Source: Thermodesulfobacteriota bacterium (GTDB lineage: Bacteria; Desulfobacterota_D; UBA1144; Nemesobacterales; Mycalebacteriaceae). From it: a stretch of DNA of 64,000 nucleotides. The stretch is from positions 672,001 through 736,000 of the forward strand of contig OZ242184.1 in NCBI GenBank assembly GCA_965205855.1, given 5' to 3'. Under the pieces are notes generated by a model that was not told the origin of the DNA, searched no databases, and worked only from the letters and a program-made list of their open reading frames with translations. Shown here one piece after another: positions 19,466 through 28,566 of this stretch (positions within the stretch are counted from its first letter, which is position 1; each line of letters starts with the position of its first letter). The position numbers were made by a program, and so were the translations under genes.

Positions 19466-21427
19466 ATGCCCGGCAATTTTAACGGTTTGAGAGTGGCGGC
19501 TTTTGAGAGCAGGCGTTCGGGCGACATAGCGGATTTAATTCTCTCAAAAGGAGGCAAACCGTTTGTCGCGCCGGCGATGCGCGAGGCTCCAATCAAACAG
19601 CCCAAATCCGTTTGGGATTTTGCCGACCGTCTTTTTTCGGACAAGACCGATGTTTTAATCCTTCTCACCCACACGGGCGTGAGGGCGATGTCGGAACTGA
19701 TAATCTCAAAATACGGCGCGCTTGAGTATAAAAGGGCGTTCAAAAAAATAAAGACAATCTGCCGCGGCCCCAAAACCGCCGCCGCGCTGTCGGAATCTGG
19801 AGTTGAGCCTGATATCAAAGTCTCCGAACCGGCAACATGGAGGGAGATTGTCACCCGCGCGCAAGAGGCCGGTCTGCTTCGCGGCAAAAGGGTTGAAGTG
19901 CAGCAGTCTGGCGCCGTGAATACCGGACTCTCCCGCGCGTTAAAAAACCACGGCGCGAAAACGCGCTCTTTTTCCGTTTACAAATGGGCGCTTCCCGAAG
20001 ACACCGCCCCGCTTGAGAAAACCGTCCGTTCGGTCGCCACCGGGTCTCTGGATATTCTTCTATTTACAAGCTCTCGTCAGGTTGTCAACATAATTGAGAC
20101 CGCACGGCGTGCGAAGGTTTTGACTCTTTTCAAAAAAGGCGTTTCCCGCGCGGCAGTCGGCTCAATCGGACCCTCTACGACCGGGACCCTTGAGCAGTTC
20201 GGCATATCCGCTGATTATGAGCCGGACACGGCGAAGATGGAAAACCTTGTCGTGGAACTTGCCGCGAGAGGGAAGCATCTTCTTGAGAAGAAAAGACGCG
20301 CCCGCAAAAACGGCGTTGACACTTTGAAATGGAAAAAAATCGATATGGTCTGGTCGCGTAGAACCGTATCTGTCTCCTCGTGCGATTCGCTTTTTATGAA
20401 AGCATGCAGGCTTGAGCGCACCGAGCGCACGCCGGTCTGGATGATGAGGCAGGCGGGAAGGTATCTCGGTGAATACAGGCGGATAAGGGCGAGGGTTCCG
20501 TTTCTTGACCTGTGTAAGACCCCGGAGCTGGCGGCGGAGGTTACCCTGATGCCGGTTGACAGGTTCGGTTTTGACGCAGCGATAATTTTTGCCGACATAC
20601 TCCTTATCCTTGAGCCGCTCGGCATTGAAATAGAGTTTTCAAAAGGGGACGGGCCCAGAATCAAAAACATCGCCCGTTCCGCCGCCGCAGTGGACACAAT
20701 AAGGGAGTTTGATCCCGAACGGATGTCGTATGTTTACAAAACCGTTGAAATCACGCGAAGAGCGCTGGATCCCGCTGTCGCGCTTCTGGGGTTTGCCGGC
20801 GCGCCTTTCACGGTTGCCTCATATCTTATCGAAGGAGGGGGCTCTTCCACTTACGCGAATACAAAACACCTTATGCGCTCCGACCCCGGACTTTGGAACG
20901 CGCTTATGGAAAAAATTGCCGCCGCGACTGCATCGTATTTGAACGCGCAGATAAAAGCCGGAGCGGATGCGGTTCAGATTTTTGACAGTTGGGCGGGCTG
21001 TCTTTCGCCCGATGATTACAAACGTTTTGTGATGCCGTACACAAGGGCGGTTTTCAGAGCTTTGCCGCGTGATGTTCCGGCGATACATTTTGGAGTTGGC
21101 ACGGGCTCGCTTCTGGGCTGTATGAAGAAAGCCGGCGGGGACGTAATCGGTGCTGACTGGACTGTTGACCTTTCGGACGCATGGAAAACTATCGGATACA
21201 AAACGGCAATTCAGGGAAATCTTGACCCTGCGGTTCTTCTCTCAAGCCGTTCGGTTGTGGAGGAGAATGTTGCCGCGATACTGAACAAGGCAGCGGGACG
21301 GCCGGGGCATATTTTTAATCTGGGACACGGCGTAATGCCCGCGACTTGCGCGGACAATGTTCTTGCACTTGTTGAAAAGGTCGGTGAATATTCATCGCTG
21401 ATCATGTCTGGAAAGGCGCGAAAGTGA
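19466..21427 (+). CDS. hemE: Fused uroporphyrinogen-III synthase (HemD) / uroporphyrinogen decarboxylase (HemE)
   Basis: N-half FESRR...RGPK...YKW...FTSS...SIGP (HemD-like); C-half PVWMMRQAGRYL, QGNLDP, FNLGHG (HemE). Confidence 0.9.
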   Translation: MPGNFNGLRVAAFESRRSGDIADLILSKGGKPFVAPAMREAPIKQPKSVWDFADRLFSDKTDVLILLTHTGVRAMSELIISKYGALEYKRAFKKIKTICRGPKTAAALSESGVEPDIKVSEPATWREIVTRAQEAGLLRGKRVEVQQSGAVNTGLSRALKNHGAKTRSFSVYKWALPEDTAPLEKTVRSVATGSLDILLFTSSRQVVNIIETARRAKVLTLFKKGVSRAAVGSIGPSTTGTLEQFGISADYEPDTAKMENLVVELAARGKHLLEKKRRARKNGVDTLKWKKIDMVWSRRTVSVSSCDSLFMKACRLERTERTPVWMMRQAGRYLGEYRRIRARVPFLDLCKTPELAAEVTLMPVDRFGFDAAIIFADILLILEPLGIEIEFSKGDGPRIKNIARSAAAVDTIREFDPERMSYVYKTVEITRRALDPAVALLGFAGAPFTVASYLIEGGGSSTYANTKHLMRSDPGLWNALMEKIAAATASYLNAQIKAGADAVQIFDSWAGCLSPDDYKRFVMPYTRAVFRALPRDVPAIHFGVGTGSLLGCMKKAGGDVIGADWTVDLSDAWKTIGYKTAIQGNLDPAVLLSSRSVVEENVAAILNKAAGRPGHIFNLGHGVMPATCADNVLALVEKVGEYSSLIMSGKARK

Positions 21428-22359
21428 ACGGTTTTGACTCCATTGTTCTCATTGGCTACGGCGCGCCCGAAAGGGCGGAGGATGTTCCGGAATTTTTGCG
21501 CAATGTTGCAAAGGGATTTTCCATACCCGAACGCAGAATGAAAGAGGTTGAAAGCCACTACAAACAGGTTGGAGGCGGCTCTCCACTGAATGAGCTTACG
21601 CGCAGGCAGGGCGAGGGGTTGCGTGCGTTTCTTGAAGGTGAGGGCGTGAAACTTCCAGTCTATATGGCAATGAGAAACTGGGACCCTTTCACGGATGACA
21701 CAGTTAAGGAGATGAAGAGGCGCGGACATAAAAAATGCGCCGCCCTGATAATGGCTCTTCACCAGTGCGACACAAGTTGGGATAGATACGAGCGTGAGGT
21801 GGCGGAGGCAAATTTAAAAACGGGCGCGGAAATTGATTTCGTCTATTCTCCTCCGCTTTTTGACAACCCTCTTTTCATAGAAAACTGCGCGGACAGGGTT
21901 GCGGAGCAGATAGAGAAACTTCCCGGCGGCCGTCTGTCCGATACGGCACGGCTGATTTTCACCGCTCACAGTATACCGCTTGATATGCCCGGAGCGGATA
22001 CTTATCAAAGGCAGTTTCGCAAGACCTGCGAACTCACGGCGGAAAAACTCGGCGCGGACGAATTTCTTACCGCTTGGCAGAGCAGGAGCGGAAGCCCCGA
22101 ACAGGAGTGGTTTGAGCCGGATATCTGTGACGTTATCACGGGGCTCAGGGGGAAAGTCAGCCATGTTGTTGTTCAGCCCGTCGGGTTTTTGTGCGACCAT
22201 GTCGAGGTTCTCTATGACATTGGAATTGAAGCCGCGCAAGCGGCCGGTAGCGCGGCAATAGAGATTCTCTCCGCGAAAACCGTGAATGACGACCCCAAGT
22301 TTGTAAAAGCCCTCGGAGAGACTGTTCTGAGCATTGTTCGCGCTCGGCGCGGTAGCTGA
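21424..22359 (+). CDS. hemH: Ferrochelatase
   Basis: GGGSPL, MRNWDP, FTAHSIP, DHVEVLYDI. Confidence 0.93.
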   Translation: MNGFDSIVLIGYGAPERAEDVPEFLRNVAKGFSIPERRMKEVESHYKQVGGGSPLNELTRRQGEGLRAFLEGEGVKLPVYMAMRNWDPFTDDTVKEMKRRGHKKCAALIMALHQCDTSWDRYEREVAEANLKTGAEIDFVYSPPLFDNPLFIENCADRVAEQIEKLPGGRLSDTARLIFTAHSIPLDMPGADTYQRQFRKTCELTAEKLGADEFLTAWQSRSGSPEQEWFEPDICDVITGLRGKVSHVVVQPVGFLCDHVEVLYDIGIEAAQAAGSAAIEILSAKTVNDDPKFVKALGETVLSIVRARRGS

Positions 22360-22380
22360 TGGTTATATTTTGCGCAAATA

Positions 22381-23757
22381 ATGAAATGGCAAAACAAAAT
22401 CGCCGTCATAGGCGGTGGAATAGCGGGCTTGAGTGCCGCGCTTGAGATTTCCGACCGCTTCGGTAAACAGGTTGAAATTCTGGAGGCTTCGTCCTCCGTT
22501 GGAGGAACAGTCTCAACCATCTGCAAGGACGGGTTTGTGCTGGAGAGGGGGCCCGATTCCTTTTTGGCGGATAAAGAGACCCTTGATTTCTGTTCGCGCA
22601 TAGGTATCCGCTCCCGTCTTGCGCCGACCTCCGGGCAAGGGCGCAAGGTTTTTATAATGGAGAAGGGCGCGCCGGTTGCGTTGCCGGACGGTTTTTTTAT
22701 GATAGCGCCGCGCAGTGTTATCCCTTTTCTCACGAGCCCTCTTTTTTCCGTTTCCGGCAAGTTGAGAGCGCTCGCGGAAATTTTTATCCCGGCGCGTTCA
22801 GCTTCGCTGGGGGACGAGAGCGTTGCCTCTTTTGTCCGCAGACGGTTCGGCGATGAGATTTTGAGCAAAGCCGCCGCGCCCCTTGTAGGTGGCATATATT
22901 GCGCTCCACCGGAAACCCTTGGGGCGGAGTCCGTTTTGCGCGAGTTTGTCAAAATGGAGAGAGAGCACGGAAGCGTTTTGCGCGCGTTGCGCGGGAAAAA
23001 TGAAGACAAAAGCGGCGGGGCAAGATTCGGCGGGTTCTTCTCGCCTCTGGGGGGAATGTCTGAGATGGTTGACGCAACGGTGAAAACCCTTCCGGGCGGT
23101 TGCATAAAAACGGGTTTCAGGGTTTCCGGAATTTTCAAAAAAACGCAAGGATGGGAGATTGTTTCCGATTGCGGGCGTTCGACTCGTGCCGCTGCCGTTG
23201 TCGTTGCCGTTCCGTGCGGAGCCGCCGCTTCAATGCTTTCCGGGATGGATGTCGGATTGTCGCACCTTCTCGGGTCAGTGGAGCATTCTTCATGTGCGGT
23301 CGCGGCTCTTGTTTATGAGACTGCGACGGTTCCCCGCATTCCCCACGGATTCGGGCTTCTCATTCCCTATGCGCGCGAGGGGGAGGTTTTTGCTTGCTCG
23401 TTCCTGAGCCGAAAATTCCCGCAAAGAGCGCCGGAGGGTTTCAGTATTATCAGGTTTTTTATTGCCGGTGGCATCTGTGCCGCGAGCGATGGCGAGATAA
23501 TTTCGCGCGCGCAAGAGGCCGCCGGAAGGCTGTTTGGAGCGGCGGTCGCGCCCTGTGCCGCGGCGGTCGGCAAATACGGCGGACAGATGCCTGTTTGCGC
23601 CGTGGGGCACAAAGACCTTGTTGGAAGAATAACAGCCGCCGCAGATGAGCTCGGAGGGTTGTTTTTTGCCGGCGCGGGATACGGCGGCGTGGGAATACCG
23701 GACTGCATACGCGGCGGAAAAAGAGCGGGAGCCGAAGCCGCCGCTTTTGTGTCCTGA
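22381..23757 (+). CDS. hemG: HemY-type (co)protoporphyrinogen oxidase
   Basis: GGGIAGL, ERGPDSF, GVGIPDCI; in hem operon. Confidence 0.92.
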   Translation: MKWQNKIAVIGGGIAGLSAALEISDRFGKQVEILEASSSVGGTVSTICKDGFVLERGPDSFLADKETLDFCSRIGIRSRLAPTSGQGRKVFIMEKGAPVALPDGFFMIAPRSVIPFLTSPLFSVSGKLRALAEIFIPARSASLGDESVASFVRRRFGDEILSKAAAPLVGGIYCAPPETLGAESVLREFVKMEREHGSVLRALRGKNEDKSGGARFGGFFSPLGGMSEMVDATVKTLPGGCIKTGFRVSGIFKKTQGWEIVSDCGRSTRAAAVVVAVPCGAAASMLSGMDVGLSHLLGSVEHSSCAVAALVYETATVPRIPHGFGLLIPYAREGEVFACSFLSRKFPQRAPEGFSIIRFFIAGGICAASDGEIISRAQEAAGRLFGAAVAPCAAAVGKYGGQMPVCAVGHKDLVGRITAAADELGGLFFAGAGYGGVGIPDCIRGGKRAGAEAAAFVS

Positions 23758-23825
23758 ATTTGAAAAATATGAACGGCAATGTATAGAATAAACCGATTGG
23801 ATTCCGAAAAAGGAGGTGATTTATT

Positions 23826-24587
23826 ATGAAACTTAAGGGAAAGGTTGCTTTAATAACGGGTGGAAGTCTTGGGCTTGGGAAAGCCACCGCTTTTCTTTTC
23901 GCCAAAGAAGGCGCGACCGTGGTGATTACCGGAAGAACTGAACAGACGCTCAAAGAGGCGGTCTCGGAAGCCGAAGACAAAGGGCTCTCAATTGACTATA
24001 TGGTAAGTGATGTGGCGAAGGAGGAGGATTGTAAAAACGTGGTTGAATACACGGTGGAAAAATACGGCGCAGTGGACATTCTTTTCAACAACGCAGGCAT
24101 TCTTGCCGCCGCTCCGACTCATGAGACGGCGGTTGAACAGTGGGACAAAATTTTCTCAATAAACGTGCGGGGAACTTTTATGATGTCCAAGTTTGCGATT
24201 CCCCACATGCTCAAAAAAGGCGGCGGCTGCATAGTGAACAACTCATCGGTGCTCGGCCTCAAGGCGGTTGCCGGTTTTACATCTTATGTTTCTTCAAAGG
24301 GAGCGGTTACGCAGCTTACCCGTGCGATGGCGCTCGACTACGCTTCGCAGGGAATAAGGGTGAACGCTATATGCCCGGGCTCGATTGTAACTCCGATGGT
24401 AACCAACATGATCGGCGCCACCGAAGACGAGATAGCAACCGAGGAGATGATAGTCTCTTTCCATCCCGTAGGACGGCTCGGCCAACCCGATGAAATAGCG
24501 AACGCGGTGCTTTTTCTCTGTCAGGACGGGGTTGATTTTATGACCGGCTCCATGCTTTCGGTGGACGGGGGTTGGATAGCAAAATAG
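23826..24587 (+). CDS. SDR family oxidoreductase
   Basis: TGGSLGLG, NNAG, YxxSK. Confidence 0.92.
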   Translation: MKLKGKVALITGGSLGLGKATAFLFAKEGATVVITGRTEQTLKEAVSEAEDKGLSIDYMVSDVAKEEDCKNVVEYTVEKYGAVDILFNNAGILAAAPTHETAVEQWDKIFSINVRGTFMMSKFAIPHMLKKGGGCIVNNSSVLGLKAVAGFTSYVSSKGAVTQLTRAMALDYASQGIRVNAICPGSIVTPMVTNMIGATEDEIATEEMIVSFHPVGRLGQPDEIANAVLFLCQDGVDFMTGSMLSVDGGWIAK

Positions 24588-24605
24588 TTTCGTGCTATTT
24601 TCGTT

Positions 24606-24677
24606 GCCGATGTAGCTCAGTGGCAGAGCAGCTCACTCGTAATGAGCAGGCCAGGAGTTCGATTCTCCTCATCGGCT
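24606..24677 (+). tRNA. tRNA-Thr(CGT)
   Basis: GCCGATG/CATCGGC acceptor stem, anticodon arm GCTCA-CTCGTAA-TGAGC, GTTCGATTC. Confidence 0.94.
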
Positions 24678-24688
24678 TTTGAACAGAT

Positions 24689-25054
24689 ATGAGGGATTTT
24701 ACCGTCCAGAGAAGCGACATAAGACGCGCGTTCGCAAGCGCGAGGGTTTTCGCAGTGAGTAGAAAAATTGCCGGAGTGTCGGACGGCGTGGCGCACGATA
24801 TGGTATGCAATCTTTCGGAAATGGGAGTTAAAACGGTTTTTTTTGACAGCGCGGATGAAGTTGAGCCTCGTGGTGCGGTCTTTCTGGCTTTCGGAGAGAC
24901 AGACATCTCGGCGGCGGACACTGCGGCTTTTCTCGCGGCTCCCGCTTCCGCTCCTCTTGAGGTAAAGATGTGTTGTGCGTATGTCTCAAGTTTTGACGGT
25001 GAAAGCGCGGTGCTTGAAATGGCGGATTTGATAATAGAGGCGAAGAAGTCATAA
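24689..25054 (+). CDS. Hypothetical protein; C-terminus resembles KdsC-type HAD phosphatases
   Basis: APASAPLEVK..AYVS..GESAVLEMADLII pattern; no N-terminal DxD motif. Confidence 0.5.
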   Translation: MRDFTVQRSDIRRAFASARVFAVSRKIAGVSDGVAHDMVCNLSEMGVKTVFFDSADEVEPRGAVFLAFGETDISAADTAAFLAAPASAPLEVKMCCAYVSSFDGESAVLEMADLIIEAKKS

Positions 25055-25084
25055 TTTTCCTCCGGACGGGGTGAAATCGACAGT

Positions 25085-25504
25085 ATGAGTGAAAAGAGCA
25101 TTAAGGAAGTTGAAAAGGCGCACGAGAATTTCTATGAGGCACTTAACAAAGCGGACATCCGTTTAATGGAGAGCATCTGGCTTGGCGACCGTAAAACTAA
25201 GTGCATTCATCCGGGTTGGCCCGCCATTAAGGGATGGGAGGCGATCAAGGCGAGTTGGATGAGCATATTTGAGTCTGGCGAGCTTGCGAGCGTGGAAACT
25301 TCGGATGTTCTCATTGATGTTGGGGAAAAAGCGGCGTGGGTTAACTGCATTGAAAGACTCAATCATTTTGTTGATGGAAGAATAGTCGTAACGCTTGCTC
25401 AGGCGACAAATATTTTTGAAAAAACCGACGAGGGCTGGCGCATGGCGCTTCACCATGCCTCGCCCGTTCCCGTAAGCACACTTTCGGAAGGGGATTTGCA
25501 GTAG
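25085..25504 (+). CDS. SnoaL/NTF2-like protein
   Basis: FYEAL..CIHPGW..GW..I..SW..ATNIF..WRMALHHAS. Confidence 0.85.
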   Translation: MSEKSIKEVEKAHENFYEALNKADIRLMESIWLGDRKTKCIHPGWPAIKGWEAIKASWMSIFESGELASVETSDVLIDVGEKAAWVNCIERLNHFVDGRIVVTLAQATNIFEKTDEGWRMALHHASPVPVSTLSEGDLQ

Positions 25505-25522
25505 TGGCGGCTGAGAGTTTGC

Positions 25523-26188
25523 CTACTTGCTGTTAATAAAAACCGCCTGTTTCTTAAACCTTCCGTCAATCGCCAAATCTACAAGCGCTTTCGCAAGTTC
25601 TGTCACGCGGACTTTACTTCCCGCAAGAGTGAAGGGGGTTATATTTGCGTCCTGTTTGTAGTCGCCAGGAAGGATGTATGGCGGACGCACAATTGTCCAG
25701 TCAAGGGAGCTTTCGCTCAGAATTTCATACTCTCCGCGTTTATCTGCAAGCAGCTTGTTTAGTTGCCCGCTTATTTTTGTGAGGACAAAAGCCGCCCCGC
25801 TGAAAAACTTTCCACGAACGCTGAATTTGTCAGTCGACACGGTCAAACTCGCGCCGGAAACCGATACATAACGCGAAATCCCCGCTTCGGGCATCAGGCG
25901 CGAAAGGTGGAGCGCGGCACTTGAATGAACCTTGAATCCCGTGTGAAAATCACTCGGCCCCAGCGCGCTTATCACGGCGTCTGTGCCTGTAATTAACTCC
26001 GCGATTGACAGCGGGTTTGTAACATCGCCTTTTATGATTTCAAGACTGCCGCCTTTTGCGGTTTCAGGCAGGGCGGGCATTTTCAGAGGGTTTCTCACAA
26101 GGGCACGAACGCGGTGTCCGCAGCGCAGGCAATAGCGCGTCGCCATTATTCCCGTGTTTCCGGTCGCTCCGAGAATGGCGAAAGTCAT
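25523..26188 (-). CDS. NAD(P)H-binding protein (flavin reductase-like)
   Basis: GATGNTG, LDWTIVRP. Confidence 0.85.
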   Translation of the reverse strand: MTFAILGATGNTGIMATRYCLRCGHRVRALVRNPLKMPALPETAKGGSLEIIKGDVTNPLSIAELITGTDAVISALGPSDFHTGFKVHSSAALHLSRLMPEAGISRYVSVSGASLTVSTDKFSVRGKFFSGAAFVLTKISGQLNKLLADKRGEYEILSESSLDWTIVRPPYILPGDYKQDANITPFTLAGSKVRVTELAKALVDLAIDGRFKKQAVFINSK

Positions 26189-27207
26189 TTGGTTTCGCCT
26201 CCGCGAATCTCTTCAAGCATCACTCCGGCTTTTTGGATAAGGCCTTTGACATTTGCCCCGGTAACGGCGGAGATTTCCACCGTGTCAATTCCTATTTTTG
26301 CGAAATGCCCGGCGAGTTCACGGGTTTTTTCCTCCGCTTCGGGAATGTCCGTTTTGTTGAGTGCGACTATCTGGGGTTTTTCCGCAAGGCGCGGGTCGTA
26401 GGAGCGCAGTTCGGTGTTGACTTTTTCGTAATCTTCAAGCGGTTCCCTCCCCGTGAACGGAGACATATCTATCAAATGAATAAGCAGTTTTGTGCGCTCA
26501 ATGTGGCGGAGAAAACGGATTCCAAGACCGCTTCCGGTGTGCGCTCCCTCTATGAGCCCCGGTATATCCGCCATTGTGAAGGTTTTGTAATCGCCCCATC
26601 TTACGACACCGAGGTTCGGGACAAGCGTTGTGAATTCGTAGTCTGCTATTCTGGGCCTCGCGGCGGACGCTTTTGAAATTAAGGTTGATTTTCCCGCGTT
26701 CGGAAATCCGGTTATACCGACATCGGCGAGAAGTTTAAGCTCAAGGAACAGTTCAATTTTTTCTCCGGGGCGCCCGTCTTCCGTTCTGCGCGGCGCCTGA
26801 TTTGTTGAGGTCGTAAACCTCGCATTTCCTCGTCCGCCCCGTCCGCCCTTCGCGGCGACTACGGTATCGGAAGGACTGCCAAGATCGGCGAGTGTTTCTC
26901 CGGTTTCAGAATTGCGGATAACCGTTCCCACCGGAACGGATATGACATGGCTTTCCCCATTTGCGCCGTGTTTTCGCGCTCCTTTGCCGTGCGTTCCGCG
27001 TCTCGCGCGGTAATGTCGCCTGTATCTGCAATCAAGTAGCGAACTAACTTCGGGGTTTGCGAAGATAATCACGTCCCCGCCGTCCCCGCCGTCCCCGCCG
27101 TCGGGACCACCTCTCGGAACGTGTTTTTCCCGCCGGAAACTCATGCATCCGTTCCCGCCCGCACCGGACTGCACATATATTTTCGCTTCGTCTATGAACT
27201 TAAGCAT
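26185..27207 (-). CDS. obgE: GTPase ObgE
   Basis: FIDEAKI, GGPDGGDGG, GFPNAGKST, DIPGLI, NKTD. Confidence 0.97.
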   Translation of the reverse strand: MLKFIDEAKIYVQSGAGGNGCMSFRREKHVPRGGPDGGDGGDGGDVIIFANPEVSSLLDCRYRRHYRARRGTHGKGARKHGANGESHVISVPVGTVIRNSETGETLADLGSPSDTVVAAKGGRGGRGNARFTTSTNQAPRRTEDGRPGEKIELFLELKLLADVGITGFPNAGKSTLISKASAARPRIADYEFTTLVPNLGVVRWGDYKTFTMADIPGLIEGAHTGSGLGIRFLRHIERTKLLIHLIDMSPFTGREPLEDYEKVNTELRSYDPRLAEKPQIVALNKTDIPEAEEKTRELAGHFAKIGIDTVEISAVTGANVKGLIQKAGVMLEEIRGGETK

Positions 27208-27321
27208 GAGAGAGCAGTATTATACTCGCTCACGCATATATGGGAGTTTGAAAGCCGCAAACACTGTGAGGTTGAAAAATTTACGGATGCGAAAGTGAAT
27301 TATGAAACGGTTCGGGTGATT

Positions 27322-27750
27322 TTATTTTCCTTTTTTAACCATCACGGCCTTTATGCCGGTTTTCTTTACAACGGCTTCTATTATGCCGTTCCAGTACAAC
27401 CACCAGTGTGAATCCTCTTTGTGGTTGCCAAGTTGCTGCTGGGCATAGAGGAGGGCGTGTTCGGGTTTATTCTGGAAAAGCAGAAGTTTTTCCGCCGCAG
27501 TTTTGACTTCCTTTTTATCAACGGGAATTGCGTCAAGCTGGGTTTGAAGCGTTTCCCTTATAGCCGAAATCTCGCCGGAAACAATTTCCATGCTGTCCGA
27601 TATGCGTTCGCACTGCGTTGTTACATCGCCTTCAATGCTCGCGTTCTGTTTTTTCATCAGGTCGGCGAAGTCGCGCAACTTGTCCGCGGTGTCGCGCGCC
27701 TTGTTTGTTTCTATTATGATTTTTGTTATTGCTTTTGCGCTAATGGCCAT
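27322..27750 (-). CDS. Hypothetical protein
   Basis: 142-aa ORF with GGAG RBS; helical; no recognised family. Confidence 0.7.
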   Translation of the reverse strand: MAISAKAITKIIIETNKARDTADKLRDFADLMKKQNASIEGDVTTQCERISDSMEIVSGEISAIRETLQTQLDAIPVDKKEVKTAAEKLLLFQNKPEHALLYAQQQLGNHKEDSHWWLYWNGIIEAVVKKTGIKAVMVKKGK

Positions 27751-27814
27751 TGTTTTTCTCCTTCAAGTAATATTTCAATATATTACGCAATTTAGGGGTT
27801 TTTCAAGAATGCGG

Positions 27815-28564
27815 CTAACTTCTGAAGAAAAAGAAAACCGCCGCGATTGCTATGAACGGGGCGAAGGGAAAAACTTGAGAGAGTTTTTCCCCGCTAATTT
27901 TCAAATACACAAAGCCTCCGATTGCTCCAATCAGCGACGAGACAAAAATTGCCGCCACCGCGTCGGTAAAACCGATAAAAGCGCCGACTCCGGTCATAAG
28001 TTTTACATCGCCCATTCCCAACCCGTCTTTTTTCCGCACGCCTTTGTAAGCGAGAGAGACGGCAAGCAGCAGGCCCCCTCCTGCGGCGCTTCCCGTAACG
28101 GAGTCGGTAAAAGAACCGGCGGGAATTGAAAGCAGTATTCCCGCCGCTGCGAAGGGCAGGGTTATAAAGTCCGGAACCGTCATTGTTTGCAGGTCAAAAA
28201 CGGACGCGGCAACAAGGGCGTATAAAAAAACAAAGCACCCGGCACCGTCAACCGAAAGCCCGAACATTTGGACGGAGACAACGGCGCTTGCCGCGCAAAG
28301 CAACTCAACGGCGGGATAAAACGGAGAGATTTTCGCGTTGCACCGCAGGCATTTACCCGCGCAAATGAAGAAACTGAAAACCGGCACGGAAGCCCGGACG
28401 GCGATTGTATTTCCGCAAGTTTCGCAAAATGAACGGGGTCTTATTATCGAAAGACCGCGCGGAATCCGCCGGACGCAAACGCACAGAAAACTTCCAAATG
28501 CGCCTCCAGATAAGAGCAGTATCGTCCAGAAAACAAAAGAGTAGGGCGGAGCAATATCAGGCAT
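27815..28564 (-). CDS. pilD: Prepilin peptidase (A24)
   Basis: GSFL..RIP, PRSFCETC, GKCLRC, GMGDVKL, PFAPFI. Confidence 0.9.
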   Translation of the reverse strand: MPDIAPPYSFVFWTILLLSGGAFGSFLCVCVRRIPRGLSIIRPRSFCETCGNTIAVRASVPVFSFFICAGKCLRCNAKISPFYPAVELLCAASAVVSVQMFGLSVDGAGCFVFLYALVAASVFDLQTMTVPDFITLPFAAAGILLSIPAGSFTDSVTGSAAGGGLLLAVSLAYKGVRKKDGLGMGDVKLMTGVGAFIGFTDAVAAIFVSSLIGAIGGFVYLKISGEKLSQVFPFAPFIAIAAVFFFFRS

Positions 28565-28566
28565 TA

